Part shown: positions 12,072-25,505 of the stretch, piece by piece | How the letters are laid out: the number at the start of each line of letters is the position of its first letter | Position numbering within the stretch: the first letter of the stretch is position 1 | Translations under genes and position numbers: made by a program | Notes under the pieces: model-generated | Told to the model about the DNA's origin: nothing | The model's database searches: none | What the model saw: the letters and a program-made list of their open reading frames with translations, nothing else | Assembly (NCBI GenBank): GCA_038087875.1 | Contig: CM075995.1 | Location: forward strand, 4,156,001-4,220,000 | Reading direction: 5' to 3' | DNA from: Malacoraja senta | Lineage: Eukaryota | Length of the DNA stretch: 64,000 nt

Positions 12072-14214
12072 TAAAATCCATTGGCAAATTCATCCTGCTG
12101 GTCTCCCAAATGCTCGATCGTATGTACAAGTTACAGGGCTGTCCATAAGTCAGGCACCCGTATCCTAAGGAGAACCTGTTATAATGGTCCCCACACCTTC
12201 GGCCCAACAGGTCCAATAAGCTGCATTTGGCTGGCCTAGGAATGGGAAGTGCCAAAGGTAAATTGCAAAGCTTCAAGAAGACAGAAAGGGACAGAGTGCT
12301 TAAAAATGTTTGAAGTCCTCTTCATGAATTATAATAATTCTGTGCTTTAAAGAAGGTTGAAACTGAGCATGCGTAGCTGACACTCACTGCAGTTTACTTT
12401 TGTCAGATTCCTCTGTTGCTGAAGGACAAATGGCAATCGTACAACAATAAAATAAGGTGGAAAAGGGTAACAGGACATTTGCTTATCTGTAATGGTGTGG
12501 AATTGGGCCTGTGTTTACTCTGCTGTTCTGTTTCGGAGGTGCACGATGTATATTTGTTATAAGAACATTTGGAAGAAGGAAAAGTTCTGAAGTGCCTTCT
12601 GCAATAAACAAAACATCAAAGGAAAATTCTGTATATGCATCTTTGTTCGTTGAGCAGTCGCCTAGATTGCTCCCAGCACTCTTAAATAAAGTCTTAATTG
12701 TCTTACCCAATATTGGTGTTGTGTTTTAAAGTATTCTTTAACAGAAGCTAGGCAGACCTAAACCCGCTGGGACAGGTTAATCAATGGCAGAACTTAGCCT
12801 GAGAAGGAAAAATTAAATGGTGCAGGAAGTGTATCGACAATTGGGCTCATTACCTTCAGAGCTGTTGTGGTCAAGAGAAAGGCTCTTAAGGAAATCCCTG
12901 AAGCAAAGAGAAAAATATACTGCGAAAAGATCAACTCTCTAAAAAACATGAAGGATAATTTTAAATAATAACTTGCAAATAGTAATACACAGTAATGTAC
13001 ACTGTTCTAATGCAGTCATAGAATATAGACCATATAGCAGTACAGAACAGGAACGGGCCCTTCGGCCCACAATGTCTGTGCTGAACATGATGCCAAGATA
13101 AACTAATCTCAGCTGCCTGAACACGATTCATATTCCTCCATCCCCAGCATATCCTTGTGCCTATCTAAAAGCCTCATGCGCCACTATTGTATCTACCTCC
13201 ACCAACACTAGTGGGAGAGTCTCATACCAGAGGCCGTAGCCTCAGAATAAAAGGACGTACCTTTAGAAAGGAGATGAGGAGGAATTTCTTTAATCAGAGG
13301 GTGGTGAAGCTGTGGAATTCATTGCCACAGACGGTTGTGGTGGCCAAGTCAATGGATATTGTTAAGGCACAGAGTGACAGGATACTTGATTAGGGAGGGT
13401 GTGAAGGGTTATGGGGACGAAGGCAGGGGAATTGGGTTGAGAGGGAAAGATAGATTAGCCAAGATTGAATGGCGGAGTAGACTTGATGCGCCGAATGGCC
13501 TAATTCTGCTCCTATAACATTTGAACATGAACTATGAACTTATGAACACTGCTATAGTTCAGTTTAGCTTATCGTCACATGTACCGATGTACAGTGAAAA
13601 GCTTTTGTTGCGTGCTTACCATTCAGCAGAGAGACAATGCAACCGAGCTGTCCACAGTGAACAAATACATGCTAAATGTTTCGTGCAAGGTAAAGCCAGC
13701 AAAGTCAGGGTCACCAAAGAGGTAAATAGTAGCCCAGGATCGCTCTCTGGTAGTTTATCAACAGAGTGATTCTGTTGCCTGGGAAGAACTGGGAAGAAAC
13801 TGTCCCTGAATCAGAATCTGGAGCGCTTTCATACTTCTATATCTCTTACAAGATGGGAGAGGGGAGAAGAGGGAGTGACCGGGGTGAGACTCGTCCTTCA
13901 TTATGCTGGTGACCTTGAATGTACAAATGTATTAAAACCAAAAATGTGTTGACTTTTGAGAAATTAATTTGGGTTGACAGCTTCACATTGTACAGGAAGG
14001 AACTGCAGATGCTGGTTTACACTGAAGATAGACACAAAATGCTAGAATAACTCAGCGGGACAGGCAGCATCTCTGGAGAGAAGGTATGGGTGAATGTATT
14101 TTCCTATTGTTTTTTTTTTGCGTTTGCATTTGCAGGAGAGGCTTTTTCCTTGTTATTTGCTGGGTATTTTCCAATTGTCTGTTCGGTGAATGGTCTATTA
14201 GCAGTAGAGGCACA

Positions 14215-14793
14215 GCGTCTGTACGGAGTTTCTACGTTCTCCCCGTGACCTGCGTGGGTTTTCTCCGAGATCTTCGGTTTTATTCCCACACTCCAAAGAC
14301 GTACAGGTTTTTGTACTGTGATTCCACCACTTGCTTTGGAACTCAAAGCTAGAACTTGTGAATCCTTGATGTCTTGTTCAAATTTCATTTTCAGTGTTGA
14401 ATCTGCACCTAAACATATTTGTTCCAAAGGAGAAAACACACTGAACTCCACTTCAACTGCTGAAATCCTGAGTGATGAATGCAAATTTAGTCACCTCAAA
14501 GTGATCATAGCAAAATATGGAGTGACCTCCGTTTTAACCTGCAGTAGGTCACATTGAATCATTATTCCCATCATCCACAGTGGCATTATTTTGCAAGCTA
14601 TTTAACTTATTTTCAAATCACCCCGTGCTTTACAAGGCTTGCGCCTTATATGTCTTGTTTGTGGGGTTAATTGGCTTGGTGTAAACGTAAAACGTAAACA
14701 TTGTCCCTGGTGTGTGTGGGATAGTGTTCATGTGCGATGGTGCAGTCTCAGTGGGCCGAAGGGCCATTGCATCTCAAAACTAAAACTAAACTA
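14215..14793 (+). mobile_element. HE1-type SINE split by a ~345-bp unique insert
   Basis: The SINE body breaks at GTACAGGTTTTTGT (~14313) and resumes at GTTTGTGGGGTTAATTGGC (~14657). Confidence 0.7.
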
Positions 14794-15844
14794 AATGCTC
14801 AGTGCAGAACCATTTCTGCAGGCAGTGGCTTTGGTGCCTCGGGAAGAGCATTTATTATCTCATGGAGAGTTCTGGCTTCATTGCTTAAATTACCCAGCAC
14901 TGATCTGTTTTGATTCAAATCTGATTAGTCACTGAATATGTATAAGAAGGATTGGCAGCTGTATTTTTGTAACTTTGCTGATTATGAAAATGGTTATTTG
15001 AACAGAAGATTGATGGGGATAATTGCACAGCCCAGTCACTGATGTCGATGATGAGCGGGATTTTTATCACTTGTGTCAGACGTATTAATCAGCGGAGCTT
15101 GCATTATAACAGGAATAATTTTAGAAAAGCAAAAAAATGACTGAATAATCTTTTGTTTTCCCAAATCTGTATTAAACAAAGCACTAAACCTAGGTATTAA
15201 CAGAGCAAATTGTAAGTGTTTCAGATTGCTTCATGTAAGCAGGTATTCTTAAACGGTGCCATAACAGATACCAATGGATTATAGTAAAGGATAAGTATAT
15301 TATTTAGACACAAAATGCTCGAGTAGCTCAGCGGGACAGGCAGCATCTCTGGATGCTTTCAAGAGAGAGTTAGATGGAGCTCTTAAAGATATGGGGAGAA
15401 GGCAGGAATGGGGTACTGATTGTGGATGATCAGCCATGATCACATTGAATGGCGGTGCTGGCTCGAAGGGCCAAAAGGCCTACTCCTGCACCTATTGTCT
15501 ATTGTCTATCTCTCGAGAAAAGGAATGGGTGATGTTTTGGGTTGAGACCATTCTTCAGACTATTATTTAGCTGACTTGTGAAATTGCTTTGGTTTTACAA
15601 TGTACACAGAACCGTACAGCACAGGTACAGGCCATTCGGCCTGCAATGTCAGTGCTGACCATTATGCCAAGTTAAACTAATCTCCATTGCCCACACTTGA
15701 TCCATATCCCTCTATTCCCTGCAACTCCAAGTTCTATGGTTTATTTATTATCACGTGTACCTGGTACAGTGAATTACATATTTTGAAAACCGCTCAGCAA
15801 GACAATCCCACTACATCGGTCGGTGTTGGGTGTGGGTGGGGGAG

Positions 15845-16735
15845 CTGAAATACGGCAGCCCTGCCACCAGCGTGTTTGTTGTTTCCACTTTTTTTGTTTT
15901 TTTTGTATGTCTTAATGTGTGTTTTTAATGTCTCTCTGTGTGTCTTGTGTGGGGGGTAAGGGGGAAACCGTTTTGGTGGCCTCCTCCACAGAGAGGCGAC
16001 TTTTTCCATGTCGCCTCCCCCATGGCCTAACATCGAGGATCGGTGCAGCCTTTCCCGGAGATGTGCCCGGGGCTTCAGTTGCGGGCGCAGCAAGGACTCT
16101 CGTCGTGGAGCGGGCGAGCCCTCGCCGGGGGTCGCCGGAGGGGAGCGCTCCGTTCGCTGGCCTGCGGCAGCCTGAAGCCGCAATCTGCGGAGCTCCAGCT
16201 GGCGGCGTCTGGAGCCTGGGATCCCTCGTTGGGGACCCCGGAGGAGAAGAGCTCCGACCGCCGGCCCGCGGCCAACTTCTACCGCGGGCGCGGCAGGGAC
16301 TAACCATCGCCGGGGATCCCTCGCCGGGGATCCCTGGAGAGGAGCTCCGACTGCCGGCCCTGCAATCTGCGATGCTTCTGGCTGTGGCGCGGCGGGGACT
16401 TTAGATCTTCGACCGCCGGCCTGCGGCCTACACCATCTTGAAGCCGCGGTCTCCGGTGGGGAGGCACCCATTCAGGACTTATCTGGACTTACCTTGTCTA
16501 AACATCTGGACGCCCGCAGCGACGGCTGCGGAGGCTTGAGGTCCCGACCACGGGGGAAAATGGAGGAGGACTGGCCAATTTTTGTGCCCTCCACCACAGT
16601 GATGAATGCTGTGGTGGATGTTTGTGTTACATTTTTATTGTGTATTGTGTGTTCTTTTTTATTGTATCGCTGCTGGCAAATTCATTTCACTTGCACTTTA
16701 TGTGCAAGTGACGAATAAAACTTGACTTGACTTAA
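15845..16735 (+). mobile_element. GC-rich non-autonomous retroelement, unclassified
   Basis: T-rich start, GC-rich body, conserved TCCACCACAGTG…GCTGTGGTGGA hairpin, then AATAAA and a (CTTGA)n tail; related to 40440-41280, 48250-48740 and 50990-51841. Confidence 0.6.
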
Positions 16736-17013
16736 GTACAAGCCCCCCCCTGTTAGTACAGTATGCACAGAATAGCCCACCAAGTCCACGTGCCTATCTA
16801 AAAGCCTTTTTAAAATGCCACTTTTGCATCTGCCACCACCCATGGCAGCATGTTCCAAGCACCCACTACCCTCTGTGTAAAAAACTTGCCCCATGCATCT
16901 CCTTTAAATGTTGTCCCTCTCAACTTTAAAGCCCTCTTGTCCTTGACATTAAGTCCTTGACATGCAATTGTAGTTTCATAGTAGATCCAGTCATATTTCT
17001 CAGTTGAGAAACC

Positions 17014-17275
17014 TTTAGTTTTAGAGATAGTGTGGAAACAGGTGCTTTTTCCACACTATACACTAGTTCTATCCTAGACATTTTACAGAAGCCCAATTAA
17101 ACTACAAACCTGCACATCTTCAGAGTGTGGGAGGAAACCGGAGCACCCGGAGAAAACCCACGTGATCACAGGGAGAATGTACCAACTCCGTACAGACAAC
17201 AATCGTAGTCAGGATCAAACCCGGGTCTCTGGCACTGAAAGGCAGCAATTCTACCGCTGCGCTACTGTGCCGCCC
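17014..17275 (-). mobile_element. HE1-type V-SINE
   Basis: Reverse-complement SINE head and V-domain. Confidence 0.8.
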
Positions 17276-17299
17276 TTTCAGAAAACCATAGAGAAATGC

Positions 17300-17985
17300 T
17301 GTTCAGAATTCGTAGATGCAGTTCTATAGGACTCTGTATAGGCTGTATTTGGAGTATCATGTGCAGTTCTGGTCACCCCATTACAGGAAAGATGTGGAGG
17401 CTCTGGAGAGGGTGCAGAGGAGGTTTACCAGAATGTTGCTTGGACCAGATGGTTTCAGCTACAGGGAGAGGTTGGATAGACTTGGGTTGTTTCCTCTGGA
17501 ATTTTGGAGGTTGAGGGGAGAAATTTATGAGATGCCTAGATAGAATAGACTGTCAGAACCTTTTTCCCAGGGTGAAAATCTCCAACACTTGGGAACATAG
17601 ATCTTATAGAAACATATAACATTCTTAAAAGATTGGACAGAGTAGATGCAGGAAAATGTTCCCGATGTTGGAGGGGTCGAGAACCAGGGGTCACAGTTTA
17701 AGAATAAGGGGTCGGCCATTTATGATGAGGAAAATCGTCGTCACCCAGAGAGTTGTGAATCTGTGGAATTCTCTTCCACAGAAGGCGGTGGAGGCCAATT
17801 CACTGGATGGTTTCAAGAGAGAGTTCTTAGGGCTAAAAGAATCAAGGGATATGGGGAAAAAGCAGGAACAGGGTACTGAGTTTAGATGATCAGCCATGAT
17901 CTTCTTGAATGGCGGTGCTGGCTCAAAGGGCCGAATGGCCTCCTCCTGCACCTATTGTTCTATGTTTCTATGTTTTCTCTATGTT
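17300..17985 (+). mobile_element. CR1/HER1 LINE 3' fragments
   Basis: LEYHVQFWSPHYRKDVEALERVQRRFTRML and TRGHSLRI…VVNLWNSLPQ, followed by a (TGTTTCTA)n tail. Confidence 0.85.
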
Positions 17986-18054
17986 TCCCACATGATTAAA
18001 AGGTGAGAGAGAGAACATTTAATGGAGATGTGCGGGTCAAGTAGTTTAACGGAG

Positions 18055-18970
18055 AGTCAAGTCAAGTCAAGTCACATTTATTTATATAGCACATTTATAA
18101 AACAACTCTCGTTGGCCAAAGTGCTTTACATTTGTTATAAGAATAGTTTAAACAAACAAACTACATACATATATACATATAGCCGTCGCTCTAAGGACGT
18201 CAAGAAAGGCTTGGGAGTATAGATACGTTTTTAGTCTTGACTTAAAGGAGTCGATGGAGGGGGCAGTTCTGATGGGAAGGGGGATGCCGTTCCACAGTCT
18301 AGGAGCTGCAACCGCAAAGGCGCGGTCGCCCCTGAGCTTATGCTTAAACCGCAGGATATTCAGCAACCCCAAGGGACCTGGAGGTGGAGTGGTGGGTGAG
18401 AAGACTTTTAATGTAGGTGGGGGCAAGCCCATTGAGGGCTTTGTAGACATGGAGGAGGATCTTGAAATGTATATGGAACCACACAGGGAGCCTGTGGAGA
18501 GAGGCCAGGATCGGGGTGATGTGGTCCCTTTTTCGGGTGCCCGTCAGGAGTCTCACTGCGGCGTTTTGGACCAGTTGCAGGCGGGACAGGGAAGATTGGC
18601 TGATGCCAGTGTAAAGGGAGTTGCAGTAATCTAGGCGGGAGGAGATAAATGTGTGGATGATCTTTTCGAGGTCATCAAAGTGGAGGAATTGTTTTATTTT
18701 AGCTAACGTCCGAAGCTGAAAGAAGCTAGCTTTTACCACGGCATTGACTTGTTTGTCAAATTTCAGTGCTGAGTCAAATATCACGCCAAGGTTTTTGACG
18801 TGAGGTTTGAGTAGTGGGGTAAGGCTTCCAAGGCTGCCTGCTATCATTTTGATTGAGTCCGAGGGGCCGAGAAGGATGACCTCAGACTTACCCTCGTTTA
18901 GTTGGAGGAAGTTCTGGGCCATCCAACACATTATATCCTCGAGGCAGTGGGTAAGGTTAAGTAGATTTGA
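18055..18970 (-). mobile_element. L2-clade LINE 3' fragment, same family as 4544-5261
   Basis: ORF 18344-19087 encodes WMAQNFLQLNEGKSEV…NLGVIFD…SRLDYCNSL; (TGACT)n tail at 18055. Confidence 0.88.
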
Positions 18971-21444
18971 AATGGTGTGGTGGGGGCCTGGAACGCATTG
19001 AGTGGTGGGGGCCTGGAACGCATTGCCATGGGTGATGGAGGAGACAGATACGATAGTGGAGTTTAAGAGGCTCTTAGATAGGCACATGGAAATGCCGAGA
19101 ATAGTGGGATATGGATCATGTACAGGCAGATGAGATCAGTTTAAGTAGGCATCATGTTCAGCACAGACGTTGTGGGCCAAAGGGCCCGTTCCTGTGCTGT
19201 ACTGTGCTGTTCTATGTTCTGTGCTCCATGTTAAATATCCGCGCGTGGCTTTTATTATTCGTTGTTATTTTAGAATCACGTCTGCTGGTTACCTTAGAAC
19301 CAGACAATACAACAGCAGGAAGTAAGTTACATGGCATTGATTCACTGTGGAACTCTGACAATGTCACAAACCACGAATACAAAGGACGATTGGTTTACTA
19401 ACGGAAACCACATACTGGAAATCAGAAATGAATGCTGAGAATGTGGACATCGTACAGCAAGTCCATGAGCACCTGGAAGAGGAGGACCTGCTGACACTTT
19501 GGGTGGGAACTTACATAATGAAGAGCAGGATTCCCTGGAGTGGAAATGTCAAAGACTGGAGAGAGGAGCAAAGTTTAATGTAGATATGCGGGGCAAGTTT
19601 TATACTAAGAGGATGGTAGGTGTCTGGAATGCGGACAGTTTCTTCCTAGTTGTTATCAGGCAATTGAATCATCCTACCACAACCAGAGAGCAGTCCTGAA
19701 CTACTATCTACCTCATTGGTGACCCTTGATCTGACTTTGCTGGCTTTAACTTGCACTAAACAATATTCCCTTTATCATGTATCTATACACTGTAAATGGA
19801 TCGATTGTAATCATATATTGTACTTCCACTGACTGGTTAGCATGCAACAAAAGCTTTTCACTGCACCTCGGTACACGTGACAATAACCTATACTTTAATC
19901 TTCAACTTCAGAAGCCATGTGTTGCAGCATTGTTGTCTGAGGACAATATCTGAGGGTTATCAGGGACACTTCCCCAAAATAACACAATTTCAGCTTTGTG
20001 TCCACCTCACCATGAAGAGCAGGCTATAAATTAACATTTCATCTGACAGATGGCACTTCTAACAAAATACTGTTGCACTGCCTTAGTAATAAGCATTATC
20101 CAGTCAATAATCTGTGATTCATTTTCAGGAGTGAAGCTTGAACCCAGAAACTTTTGAGGTTTAAAGCAGTGTGCCATAACCACTCATATGATAAGAGTCA
20201 TAGAGTCATCCAGCACCAAACAGGCCCTTCAATACAAGTCCAGTCCAACAGATGCCCCATCTAAGCTGGTCCCATTTGCTTAGATGTTTATCCCTCTAAA
20301 CCTGCCTCCGCTACTCCCCAGCATTCCCTCTCTCTCTATCCCTCCCCCACCCAAGTCGCACTAGCTTCTCATCTTCCCCTACAAACAGCTAACAATGGCC
20401 TTTTTCCTTTATCATAGTTACTTTTTTGCATATCTTTCATTCATTGTTCTTTATCTCTCTACATCAACCCGAAGGATCTCAACCCGAAACGTCACCCATT
20501 CCTTCTCTCCAGAGATGCTGCCTGCCCTGCTGAGCTCCTCCAGCTTTTTGTGTCTATCCACTACTTCCTCTGTCTGATCACATTAAAATAATAAACTAAA
20601 CTAAACTAATCTAAAATGAACTAACTAAACTAAAGCTAAAATAAACTAAAATAAACTAAACTCAAACAATTGATAACTGCTAGTCTGATGTGGATTATTG
20701 GAACAAGATTACTGCAGTCAATAGACAATAGACAATGGACAATAGATGCAGGAGTAGGCCATTCGGCCCTTCGAGCCAGCACCACCATTCAATGTGATCA
20801 TGGCTGATCATCCACAATCAGTACCCCGTTCAGATAATTCCAAAATAATTCACGGGACAATTAATTTATTTTATCATTTAATTGGATTGATTGATTGATA
20901 CTTTATTGTCACCTGTACTTGGTACAGTGAGATTCTTAGTTTTGCATACAGTACACAAGTATGCAAAGAGCTGCCACATATAGGGCGTCGATGAAGTTAC
21001 AAAAGTATTCAATATAATCCCACTTCCGTCCCCCCCCCCCTCACCGAGTCCGTCTTTGTTTTCAGCGGCTTCTCCACGTTGTGTCCCTCTTTGTTCTCAC
21101 GGTGGCATTCACCCGGGCGACGGTTCTCTAACCACCCTCCACTCTCACCCTTGGCCCCTCCACTCTCACCAACGTCCCTCTTGAACGCTCGCCGACGTCC
21201 CACTCGCACACTGATGGTCCTGCTCGGTCGAGCCCAGTCATTGCCGGTTTCATCAGGCATTGTGTAAATGAATGCATTTCCTTTGTATGTCATCTCAATG
21301 CAGCTGTGAACCAATTTATTTCAAATCGATTAATGATTGGGTCAGCCTTGGATACAGGAGAATTTTGTGTGGACACATTATCAGAGGAAAGTCAGAGCTG
21401 CAACTCCTCTTTACAGTAGCGGCTCCTGATAGTCTCAGACCTAG

Positions 21445-21623
21445 ACAATAAAATAGGTTGTATCATAGACGGTGAGAATAGTTATCAAGAATTACAGTGG
21501 GATCTTGATCAGCAGGGCAAGTGGGCTGAAGAATGGCAAATAGGGTTTAATTGTGAGGTATTGCATTTTGGGAAGGTAGGACCTTCACAGTTAATGGTAG
21601 AGCCCTGGGGAGTGTTGTGGGGC
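21445..21623 (+). mobile_element. CR1 LINE RT fragment, left half of the host of the foldback element
   Basis: Encodes ELQWDLDQ.GKWAEEWQ and CEVLHFG; continues at 32427 across the 9-bp duplication TTGTGGGGC. Confidence 0.8.
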
Positions 21624-22629
21624 CGTGTGCGGACATGGCGTAGAAGTGCGAGAAGCCGAAACGAAGAAGTGGAAACCAAATAACCGAATGGAAACGACGC
21701 CGAAAAGCCAAATAACCAAAAGTGTACGATGCCGAAAAGCAAAATAACCAAACGGACGCAATGCCGAAAAACCAAATAACCGAAAGGAAGGCACGCCTAA
21801 AACCAACTAACCGAAAGGGCGCAATGCCGAAAAGCCAAATACCGGACATGATGTCGCCGGGTGGCTGGACTTGTCAGCGATTGGTCCAGACCCCCCACGT
21901 CCATCACATCACTGGCCGGGGAAGACGGGAGGGTGGGGGTCATTTTCCCCACACAAGACCGCCTGGGGCTGGAGGGTGACTGGGCGCTCTGATCCCGAGC
22001 ACCAAGGTGTAAGCGGCCGAAGGAGTGCATCCCTCGGGACAGCCCCCACTCTCCCACGGCCACGGCCGCCCTCTGCCTTGTCTCCCTCATGCGGCCGCAC
22101 TGTGACGGGCTGTGGGTCAGCAGCGCACACACACACTGGGCCGGGTGGAGCAGAGTTGGGGAGAGTCTGGTCCCTCCGCCCACCCAGAGTCACTGACTGC
22201 GATGCACTGCCACTGGACCCCGACACCCCTCAACAGGGTGATTCACCCCCCCCTGACCCCCGGACCCCGACCCACACATGGGGTGATTCACCCCCGACCG
22301 CAGGGGACAGATGGCCCCGGTGCGCATTAGAAGATCATCTGAGCATCTTGAAATCAATCTCATGAGCACGAGTGAAAGATAGCCGTGCGACGCAGCATCG
22401 ATCAGCCCACATCGCACAGAGTGGAAAAGAATGAAATGGAAATTGCAAATTATTGAGCAGCAACTTTCCCCCTTCCCTGCAATAACATATTTGCCACATG
22501 TTTAATATTTTTCTCGAACATGCAAAAAAGAGGCAGTATATATATATATATATATAACCTCCCCTTTCTTCTGAACATGTCTTATGCAATATTCAGCAAG
22601 CAAACCTGGATAATTAGTTTGGTGTGACA

Positions 22630-22780
22630 GTTGTGTAGGAAGGAACTACAGATGCTGGTTTTAACCGAAGATGGACACAAAAAGCTGGAGGAACAGTGGG
22701 ACAGGCAGCATCTCTGGAGAGAAGGAATGGGTGACGTTTCGGGCCGAGACCATTCTTCAGACCTGAAGACTGAGTCTGAA
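22630..22780. mobile_element. Penelope-derived short repeat
   Basis: TGTAGGAAGGAACT…GACACAAAAAGCTGGAG…GTGACGTTTCGGG…CTTCAGAC, the reverse complement of the Penelope 3' region at 30955-31056. Confidence 0.65.
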
Positions 22781-23574
22781 GGCAAATATGTGGCAAATAT
22801 GTTATTGGTGCCTTTGTGTCGGGGAAGGAGGAATGGTGCAGTTGAATAATTTGCAATTTTCATTTCATTCTTTTCCACTATATGCAATAGAAACATAGAA
22901 ACATAGAAAATAGGTGCAGGAGGAGGCCAATCGGCCCTTCGAGTCAGCACCGCCATTCATTATGATCATGGCTGATCGTCCCCAATCAAAAACCCGTACC
23001 TGCCTACACCCCATATCCCTTGATTCCACTACCCCTAGAGCTCTATCTAACTCTCTCTTAAATCCATCCAGTGATTTGGCCTCCACTGCCCTCTGTGGTA
23101 GGGAATTCCACAAATTCGCAACTCTCTGGGTGAAAAAGTTTTTTCTCACCTCTGTCTTAAATGGCCTCCCCTTTATTCTAAGACTGTGGCCCCTGGTTCT
23201 GGACTCGCCCAACATTGGGAGCATTTTTCCTGCATCTAGCTTGTCCAGTCCTTTTATAATTGTATATGTTTCTACTAGACCAAGTGGGAACCGTTGGGTC
23301 CCATGTTCACACGGGAGGGCTGGTCTCCCAATGCAATATTCCACCTCTCCACCAATTCCAATAATGGTGGCCAGTGGGTGGGGGGGGTGGGGGTTATCTG
23401 GAGCGCTAGTATGGGTATTATGGGCTGAACGGACTGGTTTCCAGAGGGCTAGTAAGGACATTGTGGGCCAAATGGATTCTTGTAGTGACAGCTCAGTCAC
23501 TCAAGCCTGATGTGCTGGCAGCTCACTCACGGCTGGTGGGCGAGCAGTTGACTCATGGCTATTCCTTGAAATTC

Positions 23575-24165
23575 CATTTCAAGCAGGGTGCAAGGCCACC
23601 AAATTCAAATGCAGTTTCCTATCATTTCAAGCAAGGTGTTAGGCCACCAAATTCAAGTGCAGTTTCTTATCACTTCAAGCAGGGTGCAAGGCCACCAAAT
23701 TCAATTGCAGTTTCATACTACTTCAAGCAGGGTGCAAGGCCACCAAATTCATGTGCAGTTTCCTACCACTTCAAGCAGGATGCAAGGCCACCGAATTCAA
23801 GTGCAGTTTCCTACCACTTCAAGCAGGGTGCAGGGCCACCAAACTCAAGTGCAGTTTCACGCCGCTTCAAGCAGGGTGCAAGGCCACCAAATGCTAGTGC
23901 TGTTTAATGCCATTTCAAGCAGGGTGCAAGGCCACCAAATTCAAGTGCAGTTTCATACCACTTCAAGCAGGGTGCAAGACAACCAAATTGAAGTGCAGTT
24001 TCATACCATTTCAAGCAGGGTGCAAGGCCACCAAATTCAAGAGCAGTTTCATACCATTTCATGCAGGGTGCAAGGCCACCAAATTCAAATGCAGTTTCAT
24101 ACCATTTCATGCAGGGTGCAAGGCCACCACATTCAAATGCAGTTTCATACCATTTCAAGCAGGGT
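23575..24165. repeat. 48-bp minisatellite, ~12 copies, inside the Helitron
   Basis: Unit approximately CATTTCAAGCAGGGTGCAAGGCCACCAAATTCAAGTGCAGTTTCATAC. Confidence 0.95.
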
Positions 24166-24554
24166 GAAACCACCATAAAACCACACAAAACACCACATAA
24201 ACACCACACTCACAGTTCAGTAGACATTCAGTGTGTTCAGTTGATTCACAGCTCAGACAGAGTCATGACTTCTCCCTCCCCCATCTTGCAGAGACTGAGC
24301 CACACCCACACTTCCGTGTTTTATAATCCCTCCCCCTCCCACCGGAAGGGGTGTGGCCTTCATGGCTTGATTGACAGGAGATAGATTCTCAACATTTTTT
24401 ATAACACTAATAACACTTTTATTTTTCATTGATGGGAAGAATCCTCTGCACCTGATGACCGGAGGGGGACTGAGTAAGATAGCCAAAAATCACAGCCGTA
24501 AGTGGTAGCGTTTTTATCTAAAATCAATATACAGTGCAAACAGGAAGTTGTCAA

Positions 24555-24906
24555 GTTACCACCACCAACAACCATTCACAGTGCAGCATTTCAAAGCAGT
24601 TACCACCACCAACAACTATTCGCAGTGCAGCATTTCAAAGCAGTTACCACCACCAACAACCATTCGCAGTGCAGCATTTCAAAGCAGTTACCACCACCAA
24701 CAACCATTCGCAGTGCAGCATTTCAAAGCAGTTACCACCACCAACAACCATTCGTAGTGCAGCATTTCAAAGCAGTTACCACCACCAACAACCATTCGCA
24801 GTGCAGCATTTCAAAGCAGTTACCACCACCAACAACCATTCGCAGTGCAGCATTTCAAAGCAGTTACCACCACCAACAACCATTTGCAGTGCAGTATTTC
24901 AAAGCA
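24555..24906. repeat. 44-bp minisatellite, 8 copies, inside the Helitron
   Basis: Unit GTTACCACCACCAACAACCATTCGCAGTGCAGCATTTCAAAGCA. Confidence 0.95.
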
Positions 24907-25505
24907 ACCACGTTTTCATTTTCAAACCACATTACGTGCACTCACTGATGAGTAGACTTGTGTTCAGTGTTATTCACAGCTCAGAGAGATGTGACCCTCT
25001 CGCTTCCTCCATCTTGCAGAGACTGAGTGAGGCACAACACTTCCGGGCTTTATAGTCCCTCACCACTCCCACCAGCAGGGGCAGCAGAGAGAATGTCAAC
25101 ATTTTTAAAACATTAATAATACTTTTATTTTTCATCGATGGGAAAAATCCTCTTGTCCTGCGCAGCGGAGGGGGACTGAGTAAGATGGCCAAAAATCACA
25201 GCCATAAATGGCAGCGCTTTTTCAAAAATCATGAAACAGGAAAACAGGGTCAATATCTTACTTTTAGTAATATAGATAAGATTCCCCCTCATCCTTCTAA
25301 ACTCCAGTGAATATAAGCCTAGTCTTTTCAATCTTTCCTCATTTGACAGTCCCGCCATCTGTCCTGATACATACCTGGATAGCTAGATAGCTCACTGGAC
25401 TGAGCTACATACTGGATTAAAGGTAGCTCGCTGGACTGAGCTACACACTGGATAGTATGTAAGTACTAATAGTAAGTAAATGGGGGAATTAGGGTAGGGC
25501 ACTAG

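Larger units (their letters stand above)
23275..25276 (-). mobile_element. Non-autonomous Helitron (2.0 kb)
   Basis: On the minus strand it starts 5'-TCTATATTACTAAAAG and ends CTAG-3'. A GC hairpin (GGGACCCAACGGTTCCC, 23286-23302) lies ~11 nt from the 3' end. It is inserted between host A and T with no TSD, and removal restores the CR1 sequence GTTTCTA|TAAGATT. Confidence 0.88.

Noticed and set aside
15794..16471. 225-aa and overlapping ORFs in the GC-rich element (likewise at 40.4-41.3 kb and 51.0-51.7 kb)
   Set aside because: Stop-poor GC-rich repeat sequence; the frames are not conserved between related copies.
23461..25055. Repetitive ORFs and a CRISPR-like look of the 48-bp and 44-bp arrays
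   Set aside because: Head-to-tail minisatellites with no unique spacers, inside a Helitron in a vertebrate genome; no cas genes.
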